Below are positions 46,519-55,986 of a DNA stretch of 64,000 nt, piece after piece. Position numbers and translations under genes: made by a program. The stretch lies in NCBI GenBank assembly GCA_963711565.1, contig CAVQEQ010000004.1, forward strand, positions 864,001 to 928,000, given 5' to 3'. The notes beneath the pieces were generated by a model. It was not told the DNA's origin. It ran no database searches and saw only the letters and a list, made by a program, of their open reading frames with translations. The DNA comes from an uncultured delta proteobacterium (GTDB lineage: Bacteria; Desulfobacterota; Binatia; Binatales; Binataceae). The number at the start of each line of letters is the position of its first letter. The stretch's first letter is position 1.

Positions 46519-49167
46519 TTATTGGATGCCGACCGGTCCCGACGTCGCGATCTTCAGTTTCCAGTTGGCGATTTCCGGATAGTTGCTCGTGTTCAATTGA
46601 TTCGTGAACGTGATCAGTCGCGCGGTGTCCGGGCCGTGCGCATCCTCGGCGCGTTGGCGCAGGTAGTAGGGCGGGATGCTTTGATAGTAGAGCGTCGCAT
46701 TCACTGCGGCGGCGTTCGATGCGATCGGTATCTGGTAGCGCACGACGCTGCAGCCGCATCCGTTCTTGTAGCTCGGGTCGTCGCCCGTGCCCACCGGTGC
46801 GGTGATATCGGCGTTGGGGCCGTTGAACGATCTTCCTTGCGGCTGAATGCGATTGTCTTTGACCTTGTGATCGAGACTTAGAAAGCTGGTCGTCAGCAGT
46901 CCTCGGGGATCGGTCGTCAGTTCCTCGTAGATCTCGACCTGGCTGTCGCTGGTGATCGGATTGTCGGTCCAGAAATGAGGCTGATAGGTCTGCTGCGATC
47001 TGCTGAAAAACTCGGTCGGCAGCGGATTACCCGCGTTATCTACGATGACGCCGTCGGAATTCGTGTTGCCCGAGGCCCACAGGACGTTACCGTCGGCGTC
47101 GAGCATCTGGAAATTCAGGAAGGCGCGCCGAAAACTCACTCCCGACGGAAAGTTGTGTCCCGCCAGGTTATCCACCTGCACGTCGGCTTGTAGCACGCCG
47201 CTCGTTTCGGTCGCTGACAAAATTGTAACCGTGGCCGTGCTGGTCTGAGCCTGCGTCACTGCCTCCGCCACCGCCGTCTTCTGTCCGAAGATCTGCTTCG
47301 CCAGAGGATTCGGCAGATTGGGATCGAACTGAAATAGCCCGAGGTCGGCGCGAAACTGATCGAACATCTCGAGCGCGAACAGGTTGATCCCGAGCAGTTG
47401 ATGGCGCCGATACGGCGACCGCGCTTCCAGGATCAAATCATCGTCGGGCAGGCGCGTTGACGGCCCCTGATCGGGCACGGCGGGGAAAGTGTTGTCCTCG
47501 ATATTCGCGATTTTGAATTGCAGCGGATTGTCCTGGTAGCTGTCGGGCATGTGGCATTGCTGGCACGGAATAGTAATGAAGCCGCTATTGAGCCACTCGA
47601 AAAAGGTGGTTTGCTCGTACTCGGATTTCGGCGCGCCATCTTTGATTACCCGATTCCCGTTGGCGTCGAAAACCGGCAGCAGAATCGTATGGCATGACGC
47701 GCACAGGTTGGCCTGCTGGATCTGGAGACCCTGGCTCGGCGTAATCCCCTCACTGTTCTGCATCGGCAGCGGGATAACACTGTCACCGCTCTTCGCACCG
47801 GTCGGGTCGGGATCCGACGGGAACGGCCCGTACAGCTCGCTCGCCGGGCCGACCTTGAAAAGTCCCGTTTCGGTCGATGGGTCGCCGAGCTGGTCGTCCG
47901 ACATGTGATGGCAGACCGCGCATGAGACCCCATCACGCGCGAGCGCGCCGTACTTCGATTTCGGATCCTGCAGCACCGCCCGCGTGAGCAATGTGTTCGG
48001 CCCGTTGCCTTTGTCGATATGAAATTGCCGCTGACCCATCACGCCGTGGCATCGAAGACAGAAGTCCTGGACGAACGCCGCGCCGTCGGCGACTCCCGCC
48101 AGATGCCCGTGTAGCGTGGATTCCGTGTCGAGCTGCGCAAAAAAGATCGGGTCGCGCCCCGCCAGTCCCATCATCGAGTATCGCCATTCGCCGTACTGCG
48201 ACAGGTTCGCCGGCGCTGGACTTTGCGCGCCATAAATCATGTTGGGGACGAGGCCGGCGAGCGTGCCCGTCGCGTCGTGACACTCCGCGCATTGGTCGGC
48301 GGTGACAAACTCCTGCGGACCGCCGGCGGACTTGGCGGCCGGGACCACGTGATCGAAGGCCTGCGAGACCATGCACGGCGCCGAGCCCTTCGCCAATGGC
48401 TTGAGCTTGGCGAAGACGGAACTCGGCAAGCGGTCAACGAACTTAGGGACCTGTTCTGCCGCCGACGCGCCCGGCAACTGCCGCGACGAAACATTGTGCA
48501 TATCCTCGATCATCGCCGTCGTATCCGGGAACGCGCCCGCGCCGGCCTCGCTCGGCGGATCGATATACGCTGTGCTCGAATAGGTTCCCTGATTGGCGAT
48601 CGCCGACGCGTGGCAATTCAGACAATACAAACCCGCGCCGTTGAACTGGATCTGCGGTTCAGCGCATCCACCCCCCGGCAACGGCGTCGGCGTCGCGTTC
48701 GGATTGCGCGGGCTCGGATTCACCAGGTCGGCCCAATACCAGCCGTCCCACGACAGCTTCGAGTCTTTGACCATCACGGTCCATTCGGACAGCGGAGCCG
48801 TCTGGCTCTGATACTGCTCCTTCACGACGATCGCGCCGTTGGGGATCGGCCCCGTGCGGTTTTTGACGGTGATCCAGTCGAACAGCGGCGGCGAGTACCA
48901 GACCCTGACGAACGGATGCACGCCGTCGCTGGTGCGCACCTGGGCGTCATGCTGCCAGTTCTGTTTCTGGTAGCAGAGGTTGTTCATGAAGGGAGTCAGG
49001 TGAACCAGGAAATTCGGGTCCGCCGCCGGCGGCAGTGGCGCGCATGGATCATTGTTAGATGCGGAAGACGCGGAGCCGCCTCCTCCTCCGTTGCCGCACG
49101 CAACAAGGATCGATAGCGCCAGACAAACGACGCCTAACGGTATTCGCCTCAGGAGCTCGGTTCGCAT
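46519..49167 (-). CDS. Hexaheme c-type cytochrome lipoprotein with N-terminal cytochrome P460-family domain
   Basis: Lipobox LVAC; PNGAIVVKE..VMVKD..DGWYW..CLNCH (P460 fold motifs); then CAECH, CLRCH, CAVCH, CASCH, CQQCH; C-terminal GHNFPSG..RR domain. Confidence 0.85.
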   Translation of the reverse strand: MRTELLRRIPLGVVCLALSILVACGNGGGGGSASSASNNDPCAPLPPAADPNFLVHLTPFMNNLCYQKQNWQHDAQVRTSDGVHPFVRVWYSPPLFDWITVKNRTGPIPNGAIVVKEQYQSQTAPLSEWTVMVKDSKLSWDGWYWADLVNPSPRNPNATPTPLPGGGCAEPQIQFNGAGLYCLNCHASAIANQGTYSSTAYIDPPSEAGAGAFPDTTAMIEDMHNVSSRQLPGASAAEQVPKFVDRLPSSVFAKLKPLAKGSAPCMVSQAFDHVVPAAKSAGGPQEFVTADQCAECHDATGTLAGLVPNMIYGAQSPAPANLSQYGEWRYSMMGLAGRDPIFFAQLDTESTLHGHLAGVADGAAFVQDFCLRCHGVMGQRQFHIDKGNGPNTLLTRAVLQDPKSKYGALARDGVSCAVCHHMSDDQLGDPSTETGLFKVGPASELYGPFPSDPDPTGAKSGDSVIPLPMQNSEGITPSQGLQIQQANLCASCHTILLPVFDANGNRVIKDGAPKSEYEQTTFFEWLNSGFITIPCQQCHMPDSYQDNPLQFKIANIEDNTFPAVPDQGPSTRLPDDDLILEARSPYRRHQLLGINLFALEMFDQFRADLGLFQFDPNLPNPLAKQIFGQKTAVAEAVTQAQTSTATVTILSATETSGVLQADVQVDNLAGHNFPSGVSFRRAFLNFQMLDADGNVLWASGNTNSDGVIVDNAGNPLPTEFFSRSQQTYQPHFWTDNPITSDSQVEIYEELTTDPRGLLTTSFLSLDHKVKDNRIQPQGRSFNGPNADITAPVGTGDDPSYKNGCGCSVVRYQIPIASNAAAVNATLYYQSIPPYYLRQRAEDAHGPDTARLITFTNQLNTSNYPEIANWKLKIATSGPVGIQ

Positions 49168-49355
49168 GGTGCCAGTTGCTGGCAGGATGCTTGCTCAGAG
49201 GCGCGGCGTCAATCGACTCCTGCCAAACCGCCGCTCGCCAAAGAATATGTCGCGCAGGGAACTAAAAGTTTGACCAATTGTGGACGCATTCGCTTGACAT
49301 GCGGCATGCACAAGATTTGGTCCGGTTGTGCTACGATTAGCGCATAGGTGATGGC

Positions 49356-49607
49356 ATGGCGATGAATTCTGTGATCCCTTCTCCGATTTTCGAGACGCTC
49401 AGAGATTCAGAAGATACGCTGCGGACCACGCTCGCCGAGCTGGCCGAGGACAAGCGCAAGCAAAGGCCGAATATCTCCGAGCGCAAGCTGGCCGAGTATC
49501 TGGCCGATCAGATGGGCTATCGCGGCGCGAAGAACGTCGAAGCGCTGGTAGCCTCGCGCGAGCGAATCGCGAAATCACGCATGGCCGTTGGCTTAAGCAG
49601 CAAGTAG
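49356..49607 (+). CDS. Small hypothetical protein (83 aa)
   Basis: AGGTG RBS-like sequence, upstream TTGACA and TGnTACGAT elements, helical charged sequence; divergent from the cytochrome gene. Confidence 0.6.
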   Translation: MAMNSVIPSPIFETLRDSEDTLRTTLAELAEDKRKQRPNISERKLAEYLADQMGYRGAKNVEALVASRERIAKSRMAVGLSSK

Positions 49608-49615
49608 CTCCCCCC

Positions 49616-50341
49616 TCAATGCCCGAGGTGGCGGCCGAAGAATGCTTCGATCCGCTTCCAACTGTCTTCGGCGGCCTCGGGATTGTACGCCGCCTTCATC
49701 GGTCCGATTTTTCCGATCCACGGCAGGAACCCGTCGTTGCGGCTCATGAAGCTGTGACCTGCGTCCTCGTAAACCTTCACGTCGTGATCGATTCCCATCT
49801 CGGTCAGCAGCGTTTCGAGCCTGCGGCCCTGCGCCGCGAACATCCTGTCCTGCCCGCCGTAACCGCCGAGCACCGGGCAGACGCCGCGCAACTGGTCGGT
49901 GGATTTTGGCACGTCGCCGTAAAACGTCGCCGCGACGCCGAGCGGAGCACGCGCCGCGTACATCAGCGCGAATCCGCCGCCCATGCAAAATCCGATCACC
50001 CCGATACGCGCCGCATCGACGCCCGGCTGCTGCTGCAGGAACTTGCGCGCCGCATCGAGGTCCTTGAAGGCGTCGCCCTCGCCGCGATTCAACGTCATCA
50101 GCGTGCGCGCGATACAGACGAGCCGCATGCCGTCGCGGTCGTAGAGGTCGGGCGCGAGCGCGGCATAACCAAGATCGGCCACCTTGCCGGTGATTCGCCG
50201 GATATCATCGTTGAGCCCGAAAATCTCGTGGATAACGATCACGCCGGGGCGCTTCTGCGAATCGGACGGCGCGGCATGCGCCGCCCGCATCGGCCGCCCG
50301 CCCTCAGTGGGAAAGGTAATATCAGTAGTAGTCATCGCCAA
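49616..50341 (-). CDS. Dienelactone hydrolase family protein
   Basis: IHEIFGLN, GFCMGG, YEDAGHSF. Confidence 0.93.
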   Translation of the reverse strand: MAMTTTDITFPTEGGRPMRAAHAAPSDSQKRPGVIVIHEIFGLNDDIRRITGKVADLGYAALAPDLYDRDGMRLVCIARTLMTLNRGEGDAFKDLDAARKFLQQQPGVDAARIGVIGFCMGGGFALMYAARAPLGVAATFYGDVPKSTDQLRGVCPVLGGYGGQDRMFAAQGRRLETLLTEMGIDHDVKVYEDAGHSFMSRNDGFLPWIGKIGPMKAAYNPEAAEDSWKRIEAFFGRHLGH

Positions 50342-50361
50342 AACCTCATTACACGGTTACT

Positions 50362-50440
50362 GGGTGCAGGGGTCACCCCTGCCCAAGGAAGCGTGAAACC
50401 CACGGAGGGTTTCACATCGAATAAAGTGATTTCCCCTTCC
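50362..50440 (-). repeat. Family A repeat, copy 3
   Basis: Reverse complement reads GGAAGGGGAAATCACTTTATTCGATGTGAAACCC-TCCGT-GGGTTTCAC...GCAGGGGTGACCCCTGCACCC. Confidence 0.85.
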
Positions 50441-50441
50441 C

Positions 50442-51485
50442 TCACCCCCGCGAGATAGCACTGACGATCGCCGCCGTCACCTCGCCCGTCAACGCCTTCC
50501 CGCCCACGTCGCGCGTCAGCACTTTCCCCGCGCGCAGCACCGACGCCGTCGCCGCGCGAATCTTCTCGCCGGCGGCACCATGCCCCAGGTAGTCGAGCAT
50601 CATCGCACTCGACAGGATCATCGCAATCGGATTCGCGACGCCCTTGCCCGCGATATCGGGCGCCGTTCCGTGCACCGCTTCGAAAATCGCGCCCTTGTCG
50701 CCGTAGTTCGCGCCCGGCACGAGGCCCAATCCGCCGACCAGTCCCGCGCACAAGTCGGACACGATATCCCCGTAGAGATTTTCGAGCAGTAACACGTCGA
50801 ACGATTCCGGATGGGTCACCAGCCGCATGCAGGCCGCATCGACGATTTGCTCCTGGTACCGAATCGCGGGGTAGCCCTTCGACACGGCGCGCGCGCATTT
50901 CAGAAACAGGCCGTCCGACAGCTTCATTATGTTGGCTTTGTGAATCGCAGTGATCGATTTGCGCCGATGCGTCCGCGCGTACTCGAACGCGAACTTCGCG
51001 ATTCGCCGCGACGCGCGCGCCGTGATCACCTTGATACTCTCGACCACGCCCGGCGCGATCTCGTGCTCGATTCCCGAATACAAATCCTCGGTATTCTCGC
51101 GCACCACGATCAGATCGACGTTGTCGAACGGCGTCTGCACGCCGGCAAAGTTCATCGTCGGGCGCACGTTGGCGTACAGGTCGAAGGCGCGCCGCAGATG
51201 CACGTTGATCGAACGCCAGCCCTCCGCCACTCGCGTCTCGAGCGGTCCTTTCAGCGCCACGCCGGTGCGTTTAAGCGACCTCATAAGAGCATCGGGCACC
51301 GGAGTCCCGAAGCGCCGAAACGCATTCATCCCCGCCGCCTGCCGATCCCACTCGAGCTTGACCCCGGTCGCCTCGAGCACCGCGAGCGCCGCGCTGACCA
51401 CCTCCGGCCCAACGCCGTCTCCCGGAATCAACGTGACCGCGCGCTTGCCCGAAATTTTCGTACGTGTCGTTTTCCTAGAACCCAT
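50442..51485 (-). CDS. Isocitrate/isopropylmalate dehydrogenase family (NAD-dependent IDH-like)
   Basis: [53 protein letters not shown]. Confidence 0.9.
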   Translation of the reverse strand: MGSRKTTRTKISGKRAVTLIPGDGVGPEVVSAALAVLEATGVKLEWDRQAAGMNAFRRFGTPVPDALMRSLKRTGVALKGPLETRVAEGWRSINVHLRRAFDLYANVRPTMNFAGVQTPFDNVDLIVVRENTEDLYSGIEHEIAPGVVESIKVITARASRRIAKFAFEYARTHRRKSITAIHKANIMKLSDGLFLKCARAVSKGYPAIRYQEQIVDAACMRLVTHPESFDVLLLENLYGDIVSDLCAGLVGGLGLVPGANYGDKGAIFEAVHGTAPDIAGKGVANPIAMILSSAMMLDYLGHGAAGEKIRAATASVLRAGKVLTRDVGGKALTGEVTAAIVSAISRG

Positions 51486-51539
51486 CGATTGTTCTTTTCT
51501 TTTCAAAATCTCAACTGTGCCCGCCGCTCCTCCGTCCTA

Positions 51540-51704
51540 CCTCTCCTTGTCCGAGGAGAGGTCGCCGCGAGCCGAAGGAGCGCGGCGGGAGAGGTGCAAC
51601 GCAAGGCAACATATCCACTCACGACCACACTCTCGAAGCCAGACACTGGTTCCGCCGTCCTGCGCTGCACCTCTCCCTAACCCTCTCCTCGGACAAGGAG
51701 AGGG
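51540..51704. repeat. Family B full two-armed element (~165 bp)
   Basis: Perfect inverted arms CCTCTCCTTGTCCGAGGAGAGG (51540-51561 / 51682-51703) plus inner GGAGAGGTGCA/TGCACCTCTCC. Confidence 0.8.
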
Positions 51705-51730
51705 CACTGGACTAGGAGATTCAGCAGCAC

Positions 51731-53056
51731 TCAGTAATTCACCAGCCCGATAAAAACGTCGCTGACGTTGGTCCCGGTCGGCCCCGTGACGAACAGTCCA
51801 CCCGACGCTCGAAAAAAATTGTACGCGTCGTTGCGAGTCAACGCTGTCGCCGCGCCGACCCCCGCGCGATCGCCGTCCGCGACCGTGTCCGGCGACGCGA
51901 ATGCGCCCGCGGCGTCGGTCGGCCCGTCGATTCCGTCGGTGCCCGCGAACAGTGCCGCGATTCGCCGCCCGCGCCCGATTCGCGCCAGCTCGATTCCCAT
52001 CGCGAGTGCGCATTGCTGCGCGCGCCCGCCCTTGCCGCCGCCGCGCACCGTCACCACCGGCTCGCCGCCCGCGACGACGCACACCCGCTCATCCGCGATC
52101 CCGCGCAGATACTCCGCGAGCGCGCGCCCGGCGTCATTGGCCTCGCCGTGCAGGCCTTTCCATCGATGCGGACGATACCCGAGCGCAGCCGCGCCCCGCT
52201 CTGCGCCTTCGAGCGCGAGGTCGCTGTCGCCGACGATAACGTTGGTCACGCGCTCGAGGATTGGATCGTTCATCTTCACCGTCGGGCCGATCTCGCCCGC
52301 CACCGCCCGCTCGAGGTACGCGCGCGCCGCCTCCGGCGCGCGCCCCCACACGCTGCGCCGCTTCATCACCGCGACCGCGTCGCCGAAACTACTCCAGTCG
52401 CCCGCGGTCAGCCCCGATCCGATCGTCGCCAGGTCGTTGCCGGGCACGTCGGAAATAATCAGCCCGAGCACGCGCGCGCCCCCGCAATGGCGCAACAGTC
52501 GCCCACCTTTGACAGCCGAGAGATGCCGCCGCACGATATTCACTTCGCGAATCGACGCGCCGGCTTTGAGCAGCGCCTGGTTGACCGCAATCTTATCGGC
52601 CAGCGTGAGCCCTTCCGCCGGCCGCGCGAACATCGCGGACGCGCCACCGCTGATCGCGACGATCACCAGGTCGTCCGCCGTCGCCCGATGCAGCATCGCG
52701 CACGCCACCTCGACGGCCGCCTCCGACGATTCGTCGGGCACCGGATGACCCGACTGTACGATTCTTTTCAGTATTAAGGCCCGCTCCGATGTCGCGGCGG
52801 AGTGTTTTGGAACCACCACGATGGCATCGACGATCCGGTCACCGATTCTGCGTTCGATTTCGCTCGCCATCGCGCGCGACGCTTTGCCCACCGCGAGCAG
52901 CAGGATTCGCGACGCGCCCGCTATCAAATCTGGAACCCGGTCCGCACCCGGACAATCGCCGTCCATCGCGCGCCCAACAAGCCGCCCCGGCTCGACCGCC
53001 GCAACCGCCGCCCGATAGATCTTCTCGAGGTCGGCCCTCTCGGCGTTCTGTGTCAT
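51731..53056 (-). CDS. Glycerate 2-kinase (TtuD/MOFRL, class II)
   Basis: VGKAS, GHPVPD, ISGGASA, SAVKGG, SDVPG, GTDGIDG, TGPTGTNVSD. Confidence 0.92.
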   Translation of the reverse strand: MTQNAERADLEKIYRAAVAAVEPGRLVGRAMDGDCPGADRVPDLIAGASRILLLAVGKASRAMASEIERRIGDRIVDAIVVVPKHSAATSERALILKRIVQSGHPVPDESSEAAVEVACAMLHRATADDLVIVAISGGASAMFARPAEGLTLADKIAVNQALLKAGASIREVNIVRRHLSAVKGGRLLRHCGGARVLGLIISDVPGNDLATIGSGLTAGDWSSFGDAVAVMKRRSVWGRAPEAARAYLERAVAGEIGPTVKMNDPILERVTNVIVGDSDLALEGAERGAAALGYRPHRWKGLHGEANDAGRALAEYLRGIADERVCVVAGGEPVVTVRGGGKGGRAQQCALAMGIELARIGRGRRIAALFAGTDGIDGPTDAAGAFASPDTVADGDRAGVGAATALTRNDAYNFFRASGGLFVTGPTGTNVSDVFIGLVNY

Positions 53057-53072
53057 CGTGCGGTCATTCTCA

Positions 53073-53120
53073 AATCCGGTCCCCCTTCCACCAGGGGAAG
53101 GGGGTTAGGGGTTAGGTTCC
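53073..53120 (+). repeat. Family B repeat (single arm)
   Basis: AATCCGGTCCCCCTTCCACCAGGGGAAGGGGGTTAGGGGTTAGGTTCC. Confidence 0.82.
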
Positions 53121-53142
53121 GCGCGCGCTTCGCGCGCACTCG

Positions 53143-53380
53143 GTCATACTGCCAAAGCGGCGCGAGCGCATTTGCCGTCACCTGCCGAGGTGCGCCCCCC
53201 GGTGTCATTCTGCCGAAGCGAGCAACGCGACGTTCTTGTGTCATCTCGACGAAGTGACAGTGCAAGCGCATTTGTTGTCATCCTGACGAAGCGAGCAACG
53301 CGAGCGGCAGGAAGGATCTCGGACAGCGGCGCGCAAGCGCCGCCGGTTCCGGTCTCCGAAATCGCGCAGCGCTCTTTTCC
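53143..53380 (+). repeat. Family C array: five tandem degenerate GTCAT units + tail hairpin
   Basis: Units start at about 53143, 53177, 53204, 53240 and 53277; tail CGGACAGCGGCGC-GCAA-GCGCCGCCGGTTCCGG. Confidence 0.75.
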
Positions 53381-53397
53381 CAGCGCATCGCTCACCG

Positions 53398-54072
53398 TCA
53401 ACCCTTCAGAACACGAATCTTCCCCGACGCCTCCGCCACCAGCACCACATCGCACATCCCGATAAACAACCCGGTGCCGACCACACCCGGAATCGCAAGC
53501 AGGTCGCGATCCAGCCGCGCCGGACTCGCGATCTTTTTCACCGCGCAGTCGAGAATCACGTTGCCGTTGTCGGTGATGAATTCCTTGCCGTCCTTCTCGC
53601 GAACGCGCGGTTTGATCCCCATCGCTTTGATCTTCGCGCTCACGAGTGACACTCCGAACGGCACCACTTCCACCGGAATAACCCCGTGGTCGCCCAGTCT
53701 CTTCACCATTTTCTCGTAGCCGACCAGCACGACCAACCGCCGCGACGATGCCGCCACGATTTTCTCGCGCACGAGCGCACCGCCTAATCCCTTGATCAGA
53801 TTGAGCCGCGGATCGACCTCGTCAGCTCCGTCAACATCGATGTCGATTTTCCCGGCCTGCTCGAGCGTGACGATCGGAATTCCCACCGACCGCGCCAACT
53901 CCTCGGCCGGCGAGGATGTCGGCACTCCCCGGACTTCGATTCCGCTGGCTCCCAGAGCCCGAATAAACGCACTAGCCGCCCGCCCAGTCCCGAGCCCAAT
54001 CGTATGCCCCGGCCTAACAAACCGCAGCGCATACCGCCCCAGCGCCTCCAGCGATGCTTCATTAGCCGGCAT
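53398..54072 (-). CDS. rpiA: Ribose-5-phosphate isomerase A
   Basis: IGLGTG, VDGADEVD, LIKGLGGALVREKIVA, TDNGN. Confidence 0.95.
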   Translation of the reverse strand: MPANEASLEALGRYALRFVRPGHTIGLGTGRAASAFIRALGASGIEVRGVPTSSPAEELARSVGIPIVTLEQAGKIDIDVDGADEVDPRLNLIKGLGGALVREKIVAASSRRLVVLVGYEKMVKRLGDHGVIPVEVVPFGVSLVSAKIKAMGIKPRVREKDGKEFITDNGNVILDCAVKKIASPARLDRDLLAIPGVVGTGLFIGMCDVVLVAEASGKIRVLKG

Positions 54073-54074
54073 CT

Positions 54075-54296
54075 CTATTCGGACTCGCGGCGACGGTCGC
54101 GGCGCATCGCGGCGAGGTCGCCCTCCCAATGGAGTTTGCCGCGCGCGGAGCGAAGCAGGTTCTCTTGCTCGCCCTGACGCACCATGATCTCGAGCGCCAT
54201 CTGGACGGTCGCGCGCTTCGTGCTCGTACCCGACACGCGCATCGCACGCTTCATCAACCCATCGTCGATATCAATCGTCGTCCGTACCAGTGTCAC
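54075..54296 (-). CDS. VapB-family antitoxin (orphan)
   Basis: RTTIDIDDGLMKRAM..TKRATVQMAL..WEGDLAAMR; no PIN toxin adjacent. Confidence 0.8.
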   Translation of the reverse strand: MTLVRTTIDIDDGLMKRAMRVSGTSTKRATVQMALEIMVRQGEQENLLRSARGKLHWEGDLAAMRRDRRRESE

Positions 54297-54337
54297 CCGA
54301 TTCCTCGATTCGTGTTTTGTTCGCCTGCCATAAAGGA

Positions 54338-54353
54338 CGTTTCACGTGAAACC
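54338..54353. promoter_or_regulatory. parS-like centromere site
   Basis: cGTTTCACGTGAAACc, 14/16 match to consensus TGTTTCACGTGAAACA, intergenic. Confidence 0.75.
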
Positions 54354-54418
54354 TTTTCGCCTGGAAAACTCAGCAAACGCGGCCCCTTCTGGAAGAAAAA
54401 AGCGAAACTCGCGACGCC

Positions 54419-55048
54419 CTACGGCTTGCCGTCCCTCAGCAGTTGCATGAACTCCTGACGCGTCTCGTGGTTCGTTCGGAACACGCCCAGCATCGCTGAC
54501 GTCGTGACGAAAGAGTTCTGTTTCTCGACCCCGCGCATCCGCATGCACAGATGCTCGGCCTCGAGCACCACGGCGACGCCGAGCGGATCGATCTCCGACA
54601 TCAACGTCTGCGCGATCTGCGTCGTCAGCCGCTCCTGCACCTGCAGGCGCCGCGCGTAGATCTCAACCATCCGCGCCAGCTTCGAGATTCCGACGATCTT
54701 GCGATTGGGCAGGTACGCGACGTGCGCTTTGCCCATGAAAGGAAGCAGGTGATGCTCGCACAGCGAATAAAAATCCAAATCCTTGCACAGGATCATTTCC
54801 TGGTAATCTTCTTCGGCAAACAGTGCGCCGTTGATCGCTTCCTTGGGATCCTTGGCATAGCCGCTGGTGAGGAACTCGTAAGCCTTGGCGACGCGCGCCG
54901 GCGTCCGCTCGAGTCCTTCGCGATCCGGATCCTCGCCGATATGCCGCAGGATGACGCGGACCGCGTCTTCGAGCTTGGCGGTGCCGGCCGCGCCATTTTT
55001 GTCGTTGCCGATTTTCGCTCGCGAACCATTTGCCAGGGTACGGTTCAT
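54419..55048 (-). CDS. folE: GTP cyclohydrolase I
   Basis: [48 protein letters not shown]. Confidence 0.96.
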   Translation of the reverse strand: MNRTLANGSRAKIGNDKNGAAGTAKLEDAVRVILRHIGEDPDREGLERTPARVAKAYEFLTSGYAKDPKEAINGALFAEEDYQEMILCKDLDFYSLCEHHLLPFMGKAHVAYLPNRKIVGISKLARMVEIYARRLQVQERLTTQIAQTLMSEIDPLGVAVVLEAEHLCMRMRGVEKQNSFVTTSAMLGVFRTNHETRQEFMQLLRDGKP

Positions 55049-55947
55049 TTACCGATCTCCTTGCGCCAGCGGCTGAATTCAAGTGCCAGCTCGATAGCGA
55101 GTGACGGACCGCCGCCGCTCATGATGATGAACCCGGCGGCGTCGCGAGCCAACGACTTCATCAGCGCCAGGTTCTCCCGGATCGAGATCGCGCGCACCTC
55201 TTCTTCGCTCATCCCGCCGAATCTGTCCAGATGGCTGCGCGCGCCGCTCAGGTCCTTCACGCGGTCGATCAGGTAAGTCGCCATCGCCGCGCGCTTGACC
55301 GGGAGGATTCCGAGCATCGTCTTGATCCCGAGGCTGTTGGCCTTCGCGACGAAGTGGCGTCCGGTCTCGGCGTCGAACACCGGCTGCGTGATCACGAAGC
55401 GCGCACCGGCGGCGGCCTTGCGCTCGAGCAGCTCGAACTCGCGCTCGATGTTTTTTCGATTCGGATTCGCGACCGAACCCGCGAGAATCGACGGGAGCGC
55501 CTTCAACGGCGGCTTGCCCTCGCCGGTGTCGCCGCGATTCAGCGCACCGACCATCGCGAGCAGCGCGTACGCGTCGATATCGTGCGAGACGATCGCCTTG
55601 CCGTCGGCATCGGGCGGGATTTTGTCGCCGTTGAGCGCGACGACGGCGTCAATCCCAATTGCCGCCGCGCCCAGCAGATCGGATTTCAGCGCGAAGCGGT
55701 TGCGGTCGCGGCACGAGACGTTCAGCACGACCGGAATTTTCAGGCGCTCCTTAATCGCCGCGCCGAACACCAGCCCCGACATCTTGACCTTGCCGAGCGC
55801 GTTGTCGGTCAGGTTGATCGCATCGACATGCCCCGCCAGCGCGCCAAGCTGCCGCAGCAGCGGGCCAGGATTGATTCCGCGCGGGGGCGAGACTTCGAGC
55901 CATAGCGCGGGCGCGGCGGAGTTCAGGCTGTCGAGGATTGAGGGCAA
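55045..55947 (-). CDS. metF: Methylenetetrahydrofolate reductase
   Basis: [37 protein letters not shown]. Confidence 0.85.
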   Translation of the reverse strand: MPSILDSLNSAAPALWLEVSPPRGINPGPLLRQLGALAGHVDAINLTDNALGKVKMSGLVFGAAIKERLKIPVVLNVSCRDRNRFALKSDLLGAAAIGIDAVVALNGDKIPPDADGKAIVSHDIDAYALLAMVGALNRGDTGEGKPPLKALPSILAGSVANPNRKNIEREFELLERKAAAGARFVITQPVFDAETGRHFVAKANSLGIKTMLGILPVKRAAMATYLIDRVKDLSGARSHLDRFGGMSEEEVRAISIRENLALMKSLARDAAGFIIMSGGGPSLAIELALEFSRWRKEIGK

Positions 55948-55986
55948 CGGATTTCTCCGCGGACGCGCGAGTTCAGGCGTCTGGCG

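Noticed and set aside
53100-53116. Telomere-like TTAGGG repeats
   Set aside because: Only two units, always attached to the family B hairpin at internal intergenic sites.
53143-53320. Possible CRISPR array (regular ~35-bp periodicity)
   Set aside because: Units are degenerate along their whole length with no unique spacers, there are no cas genes, and related units are dispersed elsewhere.
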